Assembly: GCA_030149205.1 (NCBI GenBank)
Contig: JASBSB010000008.1
Location: forward strand, 60,001 to 92,000
Origin: Candidatus Heimdallarchaeota archaeon
GTDB lineage: Archaea > Asgardarchaeota > Heimdallarchaeia > Heimdallarchaeales > Kariarchaeaceae
Length of the DNA: 32,000 bases
Direction of reading: 5' to 3'
In this document: positions 9,693 through 19,005 of the stretch, piece by piece
Position numbering within the stretch: the stretch's first letter is position 1
Layout of the letters: every line of letters starts with the position of its first letter
Translations under genes and position numbers: made by a program
Notes under the pieces: model-generated
Database searches by the model: none
Told to the model about the DNA's origin: nothing
What the model saw: the letters and a program-made list of their open reading frames with translations, nothing else

Positions 9693-10526
9693 ATGGTACA
9701 AGAATACAAACTACATAAACTAAATTTTGATGCTGAACTAAACCTAATTCTTGTTCATCCGTTTCCCTTTGATGCAAGTATCTATTTAGATGTTCTTCGA
9801 TCTTCAGAACCTCTTCCTTTCAATATCTTGGTTCCTGATCTCTATGGATTTGGCAGAAGTGATCCATATAGATCCACTATTTCGGATCTTTCTCCATACA
9901 GTGAGATTGTTTTAGACATCCTGAAGAAAAACCAAACCTCAACAAATGTTTTAGGAGGATGTTCTATGGGTGGCTATGTTTCCTTAGATGTCACTTCTAA
10001 ACATCCTGATCTAATTGAAGGACTATTACTTATTGATAGTCAGTCCAGTGATGACTCCCTTGAGAAGAAAAAACAGAGAATATCAGATGCTCTGTCTCTT
10101 GAAAGGTTATCCAGTACCACCAGGGATACATTAGATATATACAAAGAACAGAAATTTGTCAAGGATTTTGTGACTGGATTAGCCAATGCAGTACTGTCTG
10201 AAGGCCATAACAAGGAACAGTTTACTTATGTAACAGAGTTAATGTATAAACAAAAAATAAAAGGAATTGCTGATGCCCTAAGAGGGATGGCGGGTAGAAG
10301 AGACACAACGGACTTAATTAAGAGTTTTAAATCTAAGATTCTCATAATTCATGGAGTTCAAGACAAGATTATTCCGATTGAAAAGATGAATAAATTGTTA
10401 GATTTGAACCCTAATCTCAAGCTTGAGAAAATAAAAGATTCAGGACATTTACCAATGGTTGAAAACCCTCATGATTTCAACAAAGTTATATTGAGTTTCA
10501 TGGATTCTTTTATTAAAGTCTCGTAA
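9693..10526 (+). CDS. Alpha/beta fold hydrolase
   Basis: VPDLYGFGRS, nucleophile elbow GCSMGG, acid in HGVQD and His in SGHLP. Confidence 0.92.
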   Translation: MVQEYKLHKLNFDAELNLILVHPFPFDASIYLDVLRSSEPLPFNILVPDLYGFGRSDPYRSTISDLSPYSEIVLDILKKNQTSTNVLGGCSMGGYVSLDVTSKHPDLIEGLLLIDSQSSDDSLEKKKQRISDALSLERLSSTTRDTLDIYKEQKFVKDFVTGLANAVLSEGHNKEQFTYVTELMYKQKIKGIADALRGMAGRRDTTDLIKSFKSKILIIHGVQDKIIPIEKMNKLLDLNPNLKLEKIKDSGHLPMVENPHDFNKVILSFMDSFIKVS

Positions 10527-10667
10527 AACATCTGGGAAATAATTTATCATGTTAACTTAAATTTTCATGTTAAGGTTATTCAAAGCGCAAGTATTGATTC
10601 AATAAAGGTGAAAATAAGTAGTTTCAAAATTTAGACAAATAATATTTTAATAGAACCAAATCTGAAA

Positions 10668-11513
10668 CTATAGTTGTTTTCTCTTAAACTTGATTACAAC
10701 AGTCAAAATGAATACAGTCATAAACATCACTGAAATGTACAGAGGTGTAAATTGAATTTTAGTAGCAAGACCGGGGTTACTAGTTAAATTTGTTACTGTT
10801 GACCTATTATTCCTTAAATTGTGGAGACGCTGCAAGTCCAATTCATATAATTTTGGATTGTGGATTCCCTTTAGGTTAAAGGATATAGAAACTGATGAGT
10901 TCCAGTCGGATTTTGATGTTGAAGTTAAATACATAGACAGTGTTGAATACATAAGAGTTGTCTGTGATCTTAAAAAGTTGTAGTACCCATATTCAGGAAT
11001 GCTATAAGTAGAGTTGTACCCCGTATATACTCCATTCCTATAAACTGAATATATCGTTTGATTTTTGTAAGTTCTTGAAATATTTGAATTAATGATAATA
11101 TTTGACATTGTATTACTACTTTCAGGGAAATTATCTGCATGAATTTTATGAACGACTGTTAAGTTTACATTTTTTCCTATTAGATTCGTTACATTAATAG
11201 AAAGGGTGTAGTTCACATATGAACGCGAACCTCTGACATTATTCGGGAATGGATACCCCATAACCAATGGTGAACCACCTCTCCACACAGTCTTCTCAAC
11301 TGTCATAGGAAAAATTATGTCGGTAGAATTGTTTATTCTGGTAGGAGTTGCTCTTAAGTTAATATCCCCCGGAGAAAAATGAACATCAGCAGAAAAATTG
11401 AAACTGGTCTCATATGATTTTAATTCCTCAGGAGTTATCGAACTCGCAATAACTGAGCTGGGAAGAACGAGCAAGAAAATTATAACCGAAATTGTAATAA
11501 ATTGAACCTTCAA
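10668..11513 (-). CDS. Secreted, C-terminally anchored putative surface glycoprotein
   Basis: Signal peptide (MKVQFITISVIIFLLVLPSSVIA), about 12 N-x-S/T sequons by manual count, Ser/Thr linker, C-terminal TM and basic tail (KFKRKQL). Its TTG start overlaps the upstream TGA (TTGA, 4 bp). Confidence 0.7.
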   Translation of the reverse strand: MKVQFITISVIIFLLVLPSSVIASSITPEELKSYETSFNFSADVHFSPGDINLRATPTRINNSTDIIFPMTVEKTVWRGGSPLVMGYPFPNNVRGSRSYVNYTLSINVTNLIGKNVNLTVVHKIHADNFPESSNTMSNIIINSNISRTYKNQTIYSVYRNGVYTGYNSTYSIPEYGYYNFLRSQTTLMYSTLSMYLTSTSKSDWNSSVSISFNLKGIHNPKLYELDLQRLHNLRNNRSTVTNLTSNPGLATKIQFTPLYISVMFMTVFILTVVIKFKRKQL

Positions 11514-12196
11514 ATCCGTCTCCTCCTTAGAATTAAAACCATGATAGTTAATGCTATAAATAATGGCAATGAAAGGATAGGCACAAATATTGAGGATGTG
11601 GATGTTGATTTTTCGACATTTTGTGTCAGATAATTATGTATTATTATGGGCTCTAATCTACTGTATACGTACGTCCGTTGTCCTATTTCAAAATTGTATG
11701 AGATTTGTGCGGATTGATTCCATGTTTCAGAATAACTGGATAGGGAAATTGAAATTTGATCCAATGACTTGGTCGAATGTTTACCTTGCAGAGGACTTGT
11801 ATTCTCAGGGATCCAACTAAAAAGTTTATTGAATTGTGTTGTTAATGACAATCCTCCTGTAATCACTTGATTGAAAGACAATATAGATTTATTAGATTTC
11901 CACACTGTTATCACATTATCATAGAAGAGCCGCTCTCGAAGAAAAGTTATGGTTAGCTTTATTGGGAGGATAGATTGGCCAACTTTAATGTTGATCTTAA
12001 TCTCATCTGAGGTATTTCTGTAAAGTGTCCCGTGGGTATCAAACCAAATAACTTTTTGAACAGTACTATTTGAAAACGGAGTGCTTATATCTTGATTAGT
12101 AAATTCCAAATTTCCACTTAAAGCAGATGAAGTATAAGTTAAAGAGGTGGATAACAATAATAACATCAGAGCCGTAAAAACCAATACCTTCTTCAT
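11510..12196 (-). CDS. Secreted, C-terminally anchored putative surface glycoprotein
   Basis: Signal peptide (MKKVLVFTALMLLLLSTSLTYTSSA), about 5 sequons, STSTSS linker, TM and RRRRI tail. Confidence 0.7.
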   Translation of the reverse strand: MKKVLVFTALMLLLLSTSLTYTSSALSGNLEFTNQDISTPFSNSTVQKVIWFDTHGTLYRNTSDEIKINIKVGQSILPIKLTITFLRERLFYDNVITVWKSNKSILSFNQVITGGLSLTTQFNKLFSWIPENTSPLQGKHSTKSLDQISISLSSYSETWNQSAQISYNFEIGQRTYVYSRLEPIIIHNYLTQNVEKSTSTSSIFVPILSLPLFIALTIMVLILRRRRI

Positions 12197-12361
12197 ACTG
12201 AAAAGTGTGAAATTTACTTATATTAAGTTTTTGACATACAAATTAAAAGTGTTATAAATTACATTAAGATTTATGCATTAATTTAAAGTGAAGCTCTGGA
12301 CTTTTAGAATTTTTACACTTGTAGAACGAATAATTTTAATTCTCAGGGAAAATTATTTTGC

Positions 12362-12715
12362 ATGGATGATAAACTAACAAAGATGACTTGTTCCTCACTT
12401 GAGGAGATAAAACTATTGAACAGTGAAGAAATAGAGAAAAATTATAGTAAACTTAACAACCATTGGAAATTAAGTGAGAACAAATTGGTGTGGGACATTA
12501 AATTAAAAAATTTTAAAGAGGTGTTGGCTTTTGTAAATGTTATAGGGGCGATAGCTGAGGCTGAAAATCATCATCCAGATATATGCTTATCGTATAACAA
12601 GATAAACTTAACTACATCCACTCATAGTAAGGGTGGATTGACATTGTGTGATTTCATTTTAGCATCTAAGATTGAAGCAGGTTATATTCTCTTGAATTTA
12701 CCGGATACGGAGTAA
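12362..12715 (+). CDS. phhB: Pterin-4-alpha-carbinolamine dehydratase
   Basis: F..V..I..IAEAENHHPDI, STHSKGGLT..DF.LA.KIE. Confidence 0.9.
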   Translation: MDDKLTKMTCSSLEEIKLLNSEEIEKNYSKLNNHWKLSENKLVWDIKLKNFKEVLAFVNVIGAIAEAENHHPDICLSYNKINLTTSTHSKGGLTLCDFILASKIEAGYILLNLPDTE

Positions 12716-12769
12716 TAAGAACTGATTTTTAACTTCTCCCTATTTATCGCTTTTGTAATTCTCATTCCT

Positions 12770-13672
12770 TTACAATAGATGTAAACCTTGTCTTTTAGCA
12801 TATTTCTCAGTTTTTAGAAAGAGAGATTTAGAAAAAATGAAATAAATAGGTGTTGATACTATTAATATAAGCCACTCATATATTGGTGGAGCCAGTGTTA
12901 CCCATGTTCCATTAAATGCATAATATCTAATCAAATCGTATGCAAAGGTTTGAGGAAATAGGAAGCTTATCCACTGAAGATAAACTGGAAATGATTGAAC
13001 TGGTATAAATCCCCCAACCAAGAACTGTAAAGCCATAGAAATAAGTTGAACAATAGCTGTTGTTCTTTTCCACAGTATCGCAGTTGTTGAGATCATCATT
13101 CCAATCCCAACAAAACCAACCATTGAGATGAGAAGAACCAGTATTATTGGAATTAGATTAGAAATACTAGTTCCAATAAAGATAATCGCCACAAAGAAAG
13201 GTAAAAGTCCTATTGATTGAATAATTAGGGTTGCTAATATTGCTCCTGTGAAATATCCCGTACGCGAGCTAGGAGTTGAGAATACATATTCCAAGGTTCC
13301 ATTATATAACTCATTGTTAATCGTGTTAATTGGATCCCAAAGGGCAGCACTACTCAAAAAGATGAGTAGTGCACCTGAGAGTAGAAACAGTGAAATATTA
13401 TCAAAACTTGAAGCATTGTTTGTAATAAAACTTGATGACCGAAAATTTAGTCCGACCGCAAGAACTGCAAATGTAAAGACATAGATTAGGTTGTTGAATA
13501 TACCACTTACCAGATTAAATTTATATCGCCAGTAGTAGAGGAGCTCCCGTTTCATGGTTGCAAGAAGCGTTGAAATAAAAGAAACCTGATTTCCAATAAC
13601 GCTGATTGAGGTTAAATTGAATTCTGGAGAACTTAAACTTTCAGTATTTGTTTTTAATCCCATTATGATCAA
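12770..13672 (-). CDS. ABC-2 type exporter permease (likely start ATG 13663)
   Basis: Six-TM pattern, ELYNGTLEYVFSTP, FPQTFAYDLIR. AGGAG lies about 9 nt before ATG 13663. Paralog of the upstream permease; both end in K..GLHLL. Confidence 0.9.
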   Translation of the reverse strand: MIIMGLKTNTESLSSPEFNLTSISVIGNQVSFISTLLATMKRELLYYWRYKFNLVSGIFNNLIYVFTFAVLAVGLNFRSSSFITNNASSFDNISLFLLSGALLIFLSSAALWDPINTINNELYNGTLEYVFSTPSSRTGYFTGAILATLIIQSIGLLPFFVAIIFIGTSISNLIPIILVLLISMVGFVGIGMMISTTAILWKRTTAIVQLISMALQFLVGGFIPVQSFPVYLQWISFLFPQTFAYDLIRYYAFNGTWVTLAPPIYEWLILIVSTPIYFIFSKSLFLKTEKYAKRQGLHLL

Positions 13673-13675
13673 CTC

Positions 13676-14587
13676 CTATAAAAGATGTAAACCCTCTCTC
13701 TTTGCTCTTTTCTCTACTTTTGTTAGAAGAAATTTTGTGGTGATCCAATAGAGAATTGTCATTAATCCCAGGAAGAACCACATTAGTTGAATTGGAGCAA
13801 TAGTTACCCACACTCCTCCTATTGAATAATGTCTAATTAGGTCAATTCCCCAGGTATATGGGAGGACATAAGATATTGCCTGTAATTGAAGGGGAAGCAC
13901 TGTGACAGGGACAAATAAACCACTGAAAAATGTAAAAAACGTTCCAAGAACATTTGATACATTACCCACGTTCTTGTAAAGGATAGCCAACAACCCGAAC
14001 ATAACACCAAAGGCTGATAGGGTTAATATTGTCATAAAAAGTACAAGAAGAATCATTAATAGGTTTCCCACTGATAGTGAAGTATAAACTAAAACGAAAC
14101 CTAATAATGGGATTACAAATATTGATGAGAAAACAGCGGCAGAGCTTACAGAACCTAGATAATAAGCCACCCTAGAAGTTGGGGTTGAGTAGATATACTC
14201 TAATGTCCCATTGTATAGATCAACTGTTACAGTGTTCAATGGTTGCCATAGAGCGACAGAATCATAAAAAATAATTAATAATCCTCCTAAGTAAAAGACC
14301 ACGGTCTGTTGTAGACTTAATGGATTAGATAAATTGAAGCTGTATGCATTTGCAAACATAATCATGACACCAATGAACGCAACTGATTGAATCATCATTG
14401 AGATAAAATTAGCCCTATATTTCAGAGACAGTCTAAGTCCCTTAATTAAAGTGGCAAAGTAAGTGGATAGGAATGAAGCACCAGTATAAGGAAGTGTGAA
14501 TTCGGTATTTTGAAAATCAGAAGTTTTTGATTTAAGCAACTTGATGTACCTCCTTTTGATTATTCCCGATAAGTTGAATAAATGCAT
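13676..14587 (-). CDS. ABC-2 type exporter permease (likely start TTG 14539)
   Basis: DLYNGTLEYIYSTP, LPYTWGIDLIR. AGGAGG (14554-14549) lies 9 nt before the in-frame TTG 14539, which would shrink the overlap with the ATPase to 8 nt. Confidence 0.9.
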   Translation of the reverse strand: MHLFNLSGIIKRRYIKLLKSKTSDFQNTEFTLPYTGASFLSTYFATLIKGLRLSLKYRANFISMMIQSVAFIGVMIMFANAYSFNLSNPLSLQQTVVFYLGGLLIIFYDSVALWQPLNTVTVDLYNGTLEYIYSTPTSRVAYYLGSVSSAAVFSSIFVIPLLGFVLVYTSLSVGNLLMILLVLFMTILTLSAFGVMFGLLAILYKNVGNVSNVLGTFFTFFSGLFVPVTVLPLQLQAISYVLPYTWGIDLIRHYSIGGVWVTIAPIQLMWFFLGLMTILYWITTKFLLTKVEKRAKREGLHLL

Positions 14588-15503
14588 CTTCCAATGTTAC
14601 TGAACGATGTTTGAACTGTACCTTGACTTTATTTTTTTCCAAAACGTCCAAGATTTGTTTTGTTCCTTGATAGAGGTCCAAAATTCCAAAACTTATAGTT
14701 GCTGAATCAGAAGAAGGTTGTGATGTTTGTACAACGCTATCTAAAGCTTCTATTTCATTTATTATATTGAGTGGTAAATCATCAGAATTAAATTCAATAA
14801 AATCCTTCACACCAATGTTTTGAATTATTTGGTTTGGTGTTCCACTTACGTAAGTTAGACCAGAGTCAATTAAAGTAACCCTATCTGCCATATTTTCCAC
14901 CTCTGAAAGAATATGTGATGTCAGCAGCATGGATTTGTTATTTTCTCTAACATAGTTAACTAAAAACTTCCGGATCTTTTTTGAAACAATGGGATCTAGC
15001 CCCTTGGTAGGTTCATCTAGTATTAAAATTGGTGGATCATGGAGGAGAGATCGAATTATAACCATAGTTTGTTTTTGACCACCAGAAAGATGCATGAACT
15101 GTTTATTCAAGTTGGGGGTGAATTCAAAAATCTCAGTTAACTCATTGATTCTTTGATTTAACACTTTTCTGGGGATTCCACGTAATCCACCAAAAAATTT
15201 CAAATTCTCTAAGGGGGTTAGTCTAGCGTATGCTGATCTCTCTGAGTCTTGTCCCACATAACCAATTAGATGTCTAATCATGTTTTCATTCTTATCTAAA
15301 TTATAGCCCATTATCTCAACATAACCTTTGTCTTTTTGCAGCAGAGTCGCTAAGATCTTAATCAGTGTTGTTTTTCCAGCCCCATTCGGCCCCAGTAAAC
15401 CCAAGATTTCCCCACCTCTTAATTCAAGGTTAGCATCAACTAATGCCGGCTTGCCTTTATAGGATTTGGAAATATTGTCAGCTTTGACAAAAAGTGCAAC
15501 CAT
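14532..15503 (-). CDS. ABC exporter ATP-binding protein (DrrA-like)
   Basis: Walker A GPNGAGKTT, signature LSGGQ, Walker B ILILDEPT, H-loop TSH and C-terminal VTLEDAFIQL. Confidence 0.95.
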   Translation of the reverse strand: MVALFVKADNISKSYKGKPALVDANLELRGGEILGLLGPNGAGKTTLIKILATLLQKDKGYVEIMGYNLDKNENMIRHLIGYVGQDSERSAYARLTPLENLKFFGGLRGIPRKVLNQRINELTEIFEFTPNLNKQFMHLSGGQKQTMVIIRSLLHDPPILILDEPTKGLDPIVSKKIRKFLVNYVRENNKSMLLTSHILSEVENMADRVTLIDSGLTYVSGTPNQIIQNIGVKDFIEFNSDDLPLNIINEIEALDSVVQTSQPSSDSATISFGILDLYQGTKQILDVLEKNKVKVQFKHRSVTLEDAFIQLIGNNQKEVHQVA

Positions 15504-15578
15504 AGTTTAAAATTGCGACTTTTATATTTAAAGTTGTTAATTTCATTGGTTGTTAATATACACCCTAAAGTTTAACGT

Positions 15579-16022
15579 TTATTTCAATGGTTTAACCCCA
15601 GAGCTGCCAAATCCCTTGGTATCTCTTTTAGTTTTGTCAAGCTCATCGGATTCTACAAAAGTTACTGATGGGACTGGTCTAACCGCAATTTGTGCGATCC
15701 TATCACCCACTTGAATACGAAACGGTACATTAGAATGATTGATAAGAATGATTTTGACTTCGCCTCTGTATTCGCTATCTATTGTACCAGGAGTATTCAA
15801 TAGAGTAATACCGTGTTTTAAAGCTAATCCTGATCTAGGTCGTACCTGAATCTCGTAATTATGTGGAGTTGAAAATTTTAATCCTGTTGAGACAGCTTTT
15901 ATCTCATTTGGTTCCAAGAGAACATTTTCACAGGCGCTAATATCAGCACAGGCATCAGTACTATGGTTAAATTCTGGTAATAGTGCAAACTTGTGAATCC
16001 TTTTGACGAGGACATTGACCAT
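15579..16022 (-). CDS. dut: Trimeric dUTP diphosphatase (bacterial/eukaryote-like)
   Basis: RPRSGLA, NTPGTIDSEYRGE, GDRIAQI and KGFGSSG motifs; motif 1 is atypical (ACADI). Confidence 0.93.
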   Translation of the reverse strand: MVNVLVKRIHKFALLPEFNHSTDACADISACENVLLEPNEIKAVSTGLKFSTPHNYEIQVRPRSGLALKHGITLLNTPGTIDSEYRGEVKIILINHSNVPFRIQVGDRIAQIAVRPVPSVTFVESDELDKTKRDTKGFGSSGVKPLK

Positions 16023-16088
16023 ATTCGTGTATTAGATCTACTTAAATTTAGCTCTTCCCACAAATTCTAGGATTTATTGATTGTATCT

Positions 16089-16703
16089 TTAGTAATGTGT
16101 TACTGATTTGCTGGTTTCTTTTAGTGCAATGTAAACTTTGTAAAATCTGTGGATTGCTGTTAAGACAGTTAATACAACAAGAGCTTGAATGGTGATAACA
16201 ACTCCAGGGTATCCAAAAATCATCCCTAAAATTGCTGCTAAAAAGAGAACACCCAATCTTTCAGCTCGTTCCATAATTCCAACACCGGCAAGCTCAACGC
16301 CTAATCCCTCTCCTCTGGCTCTTAAATATGAAACCGAAAATGCTGCTGCAAGGAGACTGATGGCAAAAAACTGATCTATCACTGAAGAGAATCCAAGAAT
16401 AACTCCAAGATAAATGGCGGCTTCTCCAACTCTGTCAGCAACGGAATCTAAAAATGCACCATGAAGAGATGCCTTCCCGCTAACCCTTGCAATTCCACCA
16501 TCAAGCATATCCATGAAGCCAGCCAGAAAAATTGTGATCGCAACCACAGCATATTCATGTGAATAAAATGCCCAACCAGACACAATACTTAGACCAAGAC
16601 CGGCCATTGTAACTAAATTAGGATTAACCCCGAGCTTAGCAAGAAATTCGTAAAAGGGCCTCATAAGCTTTGTTATTGGAGGTCTTAGTTGATTGAGTAC
16701 CAT
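16089..16703 (-). CDS. CDP-alcohol phosphatidyltransferase, archaetidylinositol-phosphate synthase-like
   Basis: PNLVT, DMLDGGIAR..G.FLDSVADR, plus VSYLRARGE and GIMERAERL, which are typical of the AIP/PIP synthase subfamily. Confidence 0.85.
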   Translation of the reverse strand: MVLNQLRPPITKLMRPFYEFLAKLGVNPNLVTMAGLGLSIVSGWAFYSHEYAVVAITIFLAGFMDMLDGGIARVSGKASLHGAFLDSVADRVGEAAIYLGVILGFSSVIDQFFAISLLAAAFSVSYLRARGEGLGVELAGVGIMERAERLGVLFLAAILGMIFGYPGVVITIQALVVLTVLTAIHRFYKVYIALKETSKSVTHY

Positions 16704-16827
16704 ATTATTTCATATTCAAATAATACTTTGACATATATAACAGTTTTGAAATTTTAATGAAGAAAGAACTAAACGGTAGAATATTGAGAATCCGTTCAAC
16801 AAATTTCAATTATTTAGGTAGATAATA

Positions 16828-16858
16828 ATTTGATTTAATTTTTCCAACTAAATCAAAT
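16828..16858. promoter_or_regulatory. 10-bp perfect inverted repeat (terminator hairpin or operator)
   Basis: ATTTGATTTA-N11-TAAATCAAAT, 40 bp past the stop of 16899-17612 and about 125 bp upstream of the AIP synthase-like gene. Confidence 0.35.
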
Positions 16859-16898
16859 CAATAAGTAAAGTAAAAGAACGTATTATTAATGTAATCTA

Positions 16899-17612
16899 TT
16901 AATCATTAAGATAAGATTCCATTTTAGCATCGATTGAATCTTCTTGGAAGGGGGGATCTACATATACCACCTCAGATTCACTTTTTTCAACAAATATATT
17001 CACAGATTTAACAGAAAGCACCTCAGTAGCAATTTTGTAAAGTTTATCTGCTGATTCATTCGAGAGAACCTCGAATTCCAGTCCTTTTTCTAGATTAGGT
17101 GACTCAACACTGGATATATCTGGGTTTACTGATAAGAATCGGACTTTAGAGGAAAGTTCTTTTGCCAACATAAATGCCCTCAATGACTTTGCTTCATAAT
17201 CTTTCTCAAAAAATACCTGTAACTTGTATCTTTTCATTAACCGGCTAGCAACTGTTATCATAAATTCTCCATTAATCCTTAGTTGTCTAATTTCTTCATC
17301 ATTAATTGGAGCACCATTTACAATTAATTCTAAAGATTCTTTAACGGTCTCCGCTATACTTAATAAGAAGACGTGAAAAACAGGATTAGATAAAATCATT
17401 GAATTTGATGTTAGGATTATTTTTAATGTGGTTCCTAAAACCCTAAATTCATTGCTAATACCAGGAAGGGAATCGTCTTTGAGTTCATCACTTAATTTTA
17501 AGAGATATTTTTTACCCTTTTCAAGGTTTTTATCATCCACCAGATTTGGAATTGCACCTTCGATATAGTTTACAATTTTTTCTAAAACAGTTACTCCCTG
17601 ATTCAAGGACAT
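16899..17612 (-). CDS. Stand-alone CheA P2 (response-regulator-binding) domain protein with N-terminal helical (Hpt-like) domain
   Basis: aa ~128-207 (YKLQVFFEKDYEAKSLRAFMLAKEL..SVNPDISSVESPNLEKGLEFEVLS..ADKL......VKSVNI) follows the P2 consensus. aa 1-112 are amphipathic helices. No HATPase or CheW domain. Confidence 0.7.
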   Translation of the reverse strand: MSLNQGVTVLEKIVNYIEGAIPNLVDDKNLEKGKKYLLKLSDELKDDSLPGISNEFRVLGTTLKIILTSNSMILSNPVFHVFLLSIAETVKESLELIVNGAPINDEEIRQLRINGEFMITVASRLMKRYKLQVFFEKDYEAKSLRAFMLAKELSSKVRFLSVNPDISSVESPNLEKGLEFEVLSNESADKLYKIATEVLSVKSVNIFVEKSESEVVYVDPPFQEDSIDAKMESYLND

Positions 17613-17772
17613 GGTAAATCAAGTTTCCTATTTAAGCATAAAACCCTTTTTGCAGAGGGATAACTGATTGCCTTTTGTTTGTTGGATTCCTAGTTCTTAG
17701 TATTCACATAATATCTTCCTTTCGTTTGCTTCAATTCCTGAATACTAATAAGACCATTAGATAACCAAAGGT

Positions 17773-18951
17773 ATGAAAGAGCTATTCAAGAAAAATGAAT
17801 TTAATTATAGAAGGAAGCGATTAAAGGATATTTTGATATCCCAAGAATTAGATGTTGTGTTACTTTTCTCTAGAGCTGAAATTTTTTATTACAGTGGAAT
17901 AGGTTTGGATGGTGTACTGTTACAATCTAAGGAAGAATTAATATTTTATGTAAGAAGAAATTTAAATCTTGCACGGGAAGTTACAGACCTCCCAGTCAAA
18001 AAGATGGAGTCATTTAGGCTATTTAAAGAACTAGGAAGTTCTCTAACTGATCCCAAGGTTGGATTAGAACTCGATATTCTTCCATATAAAACGTTTGAGT
18101 ATATAATCAAGGCGTTTAACCCAAAGGAAGTTATTGATGTTAGCACTCAATTAAGAAAAATTAGGTCTAAAAAATCGAAGGCAGAAATAGATTTCATGAA
18201 AAAATCAGCAACCCAGACCATAGGATCATTTGATTACCTTAATGATAGATTAATGCCAGGAATGACTGAAATTGAAATCTCTCTTATGGCTGAGTCTTAC
18301 CTTAGAATGCATGGTCATCCAAATTGGGTACAGGTACGAGCCTTCCAACATAACCTGACAAATTTAAGTGTTGTGACTTCAGGTGAGAACGCAGTACAGC
18401 TAAATTCTTACTTTGGTCCAATTTCAGGTAATGGATGTTCAAATATGCATTTAGGTGGTGCATCAACAAGAAAGATACGAAAAGGCGACACATTGATTGT
18501 CGATACGACTGGTGTTTATGAGGGGTACATCACTGATGTCACCCGAACATTTTTTATTGGAAAGGTAGATCCAAAACTTCAAGAGGCCTATAACATTGCT
18601 GCTGAAGTCCAAATGAAGTGTGCAAATTTGCTGAAGCCAGGGGCATCACCATCTTCGATTTATGACGAACTTGAAACTTTTGTTAAGGAAAGTGGTTTTC
18701 TCGAGAGATTTATGGGTGTTGAAACGGATCGTGTTAAATTTATTGGGCATGGTGTTGGGTTGGAACTTGATGAATTTCCTATTATTACAGGTGGTTACAA
18801 GTTTCCTCTTGAAATTGGAAACACGATAGCTGTAGAACCAAAATTCATTTTCCCAGGACTTAAACAAGCAGTTGGAATCGAAGAAACCTGGTTGGTTACT
18901 CCAACCGGAGGAGAAATTCTCTCAAATTATCAATACAATCTCAACATCTGA
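17773..18951 (+). CDS. Xaa-Pro peptidase family protein (M24B)
   Basis: Creatinase-like N-domain plus pita-bread domain with metal ligands D, D (VDTTG..YITDVTRT), H (IGHGVGL), E (AVEPK) and E (GIEET). Confidence 0.92.
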   Translation: MKELFKKNEFNYRRKRLKDILISQELDVVLLFSRAEIFYYSGIGLDGVLLQSKEELIFYVRRNLNLAREVTDLPVKKMESFRLFKELGSSLTDPKVGLELDILPYKTFEYIIKAFNPKEVIDVSTQLRKIRSKKSKAEIDFMKKSATQTIGSFDYLNDRLMPGMTEIEISLMAESYLRMHGHPNWVQVRAFQHNLTNLSVVTSGENAVQLNSYFGPISGNGCSNMHLGGASTRKIRKGDTLIVDTTGVYEGYITDVTRTFFIGKVDPKLQEAYNIAAEVQMKCANLLKPGASPSSIYDELETFVKESGFLERFMGVETDRVKFIGHGVGLELDEFPIITGGYKFPLEIGNTIAVEPKFIFPGLKQAVGIEETWLVTPTGGEILSNYQYNLNI

Positions 18952-19005
18952 GATAGTTTACGCTACATCACATAATTTTAAAGATAAGAGTTATAAATTT
19001 TAAAA

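Noticed and set aside
12770-15503. ABC exporter with two paralogous permeases as a toxin/bacteriocin system
   Set aside because: A common DrrAB-like layout; no precursor peptide, modification enzyme or immunity gene is adjacent.
11590-18867. Short ORFs at 11590, 13248, 16189, 17946, 18302 and 18646
   Set aside because: Antisense to confidently assigned genes.
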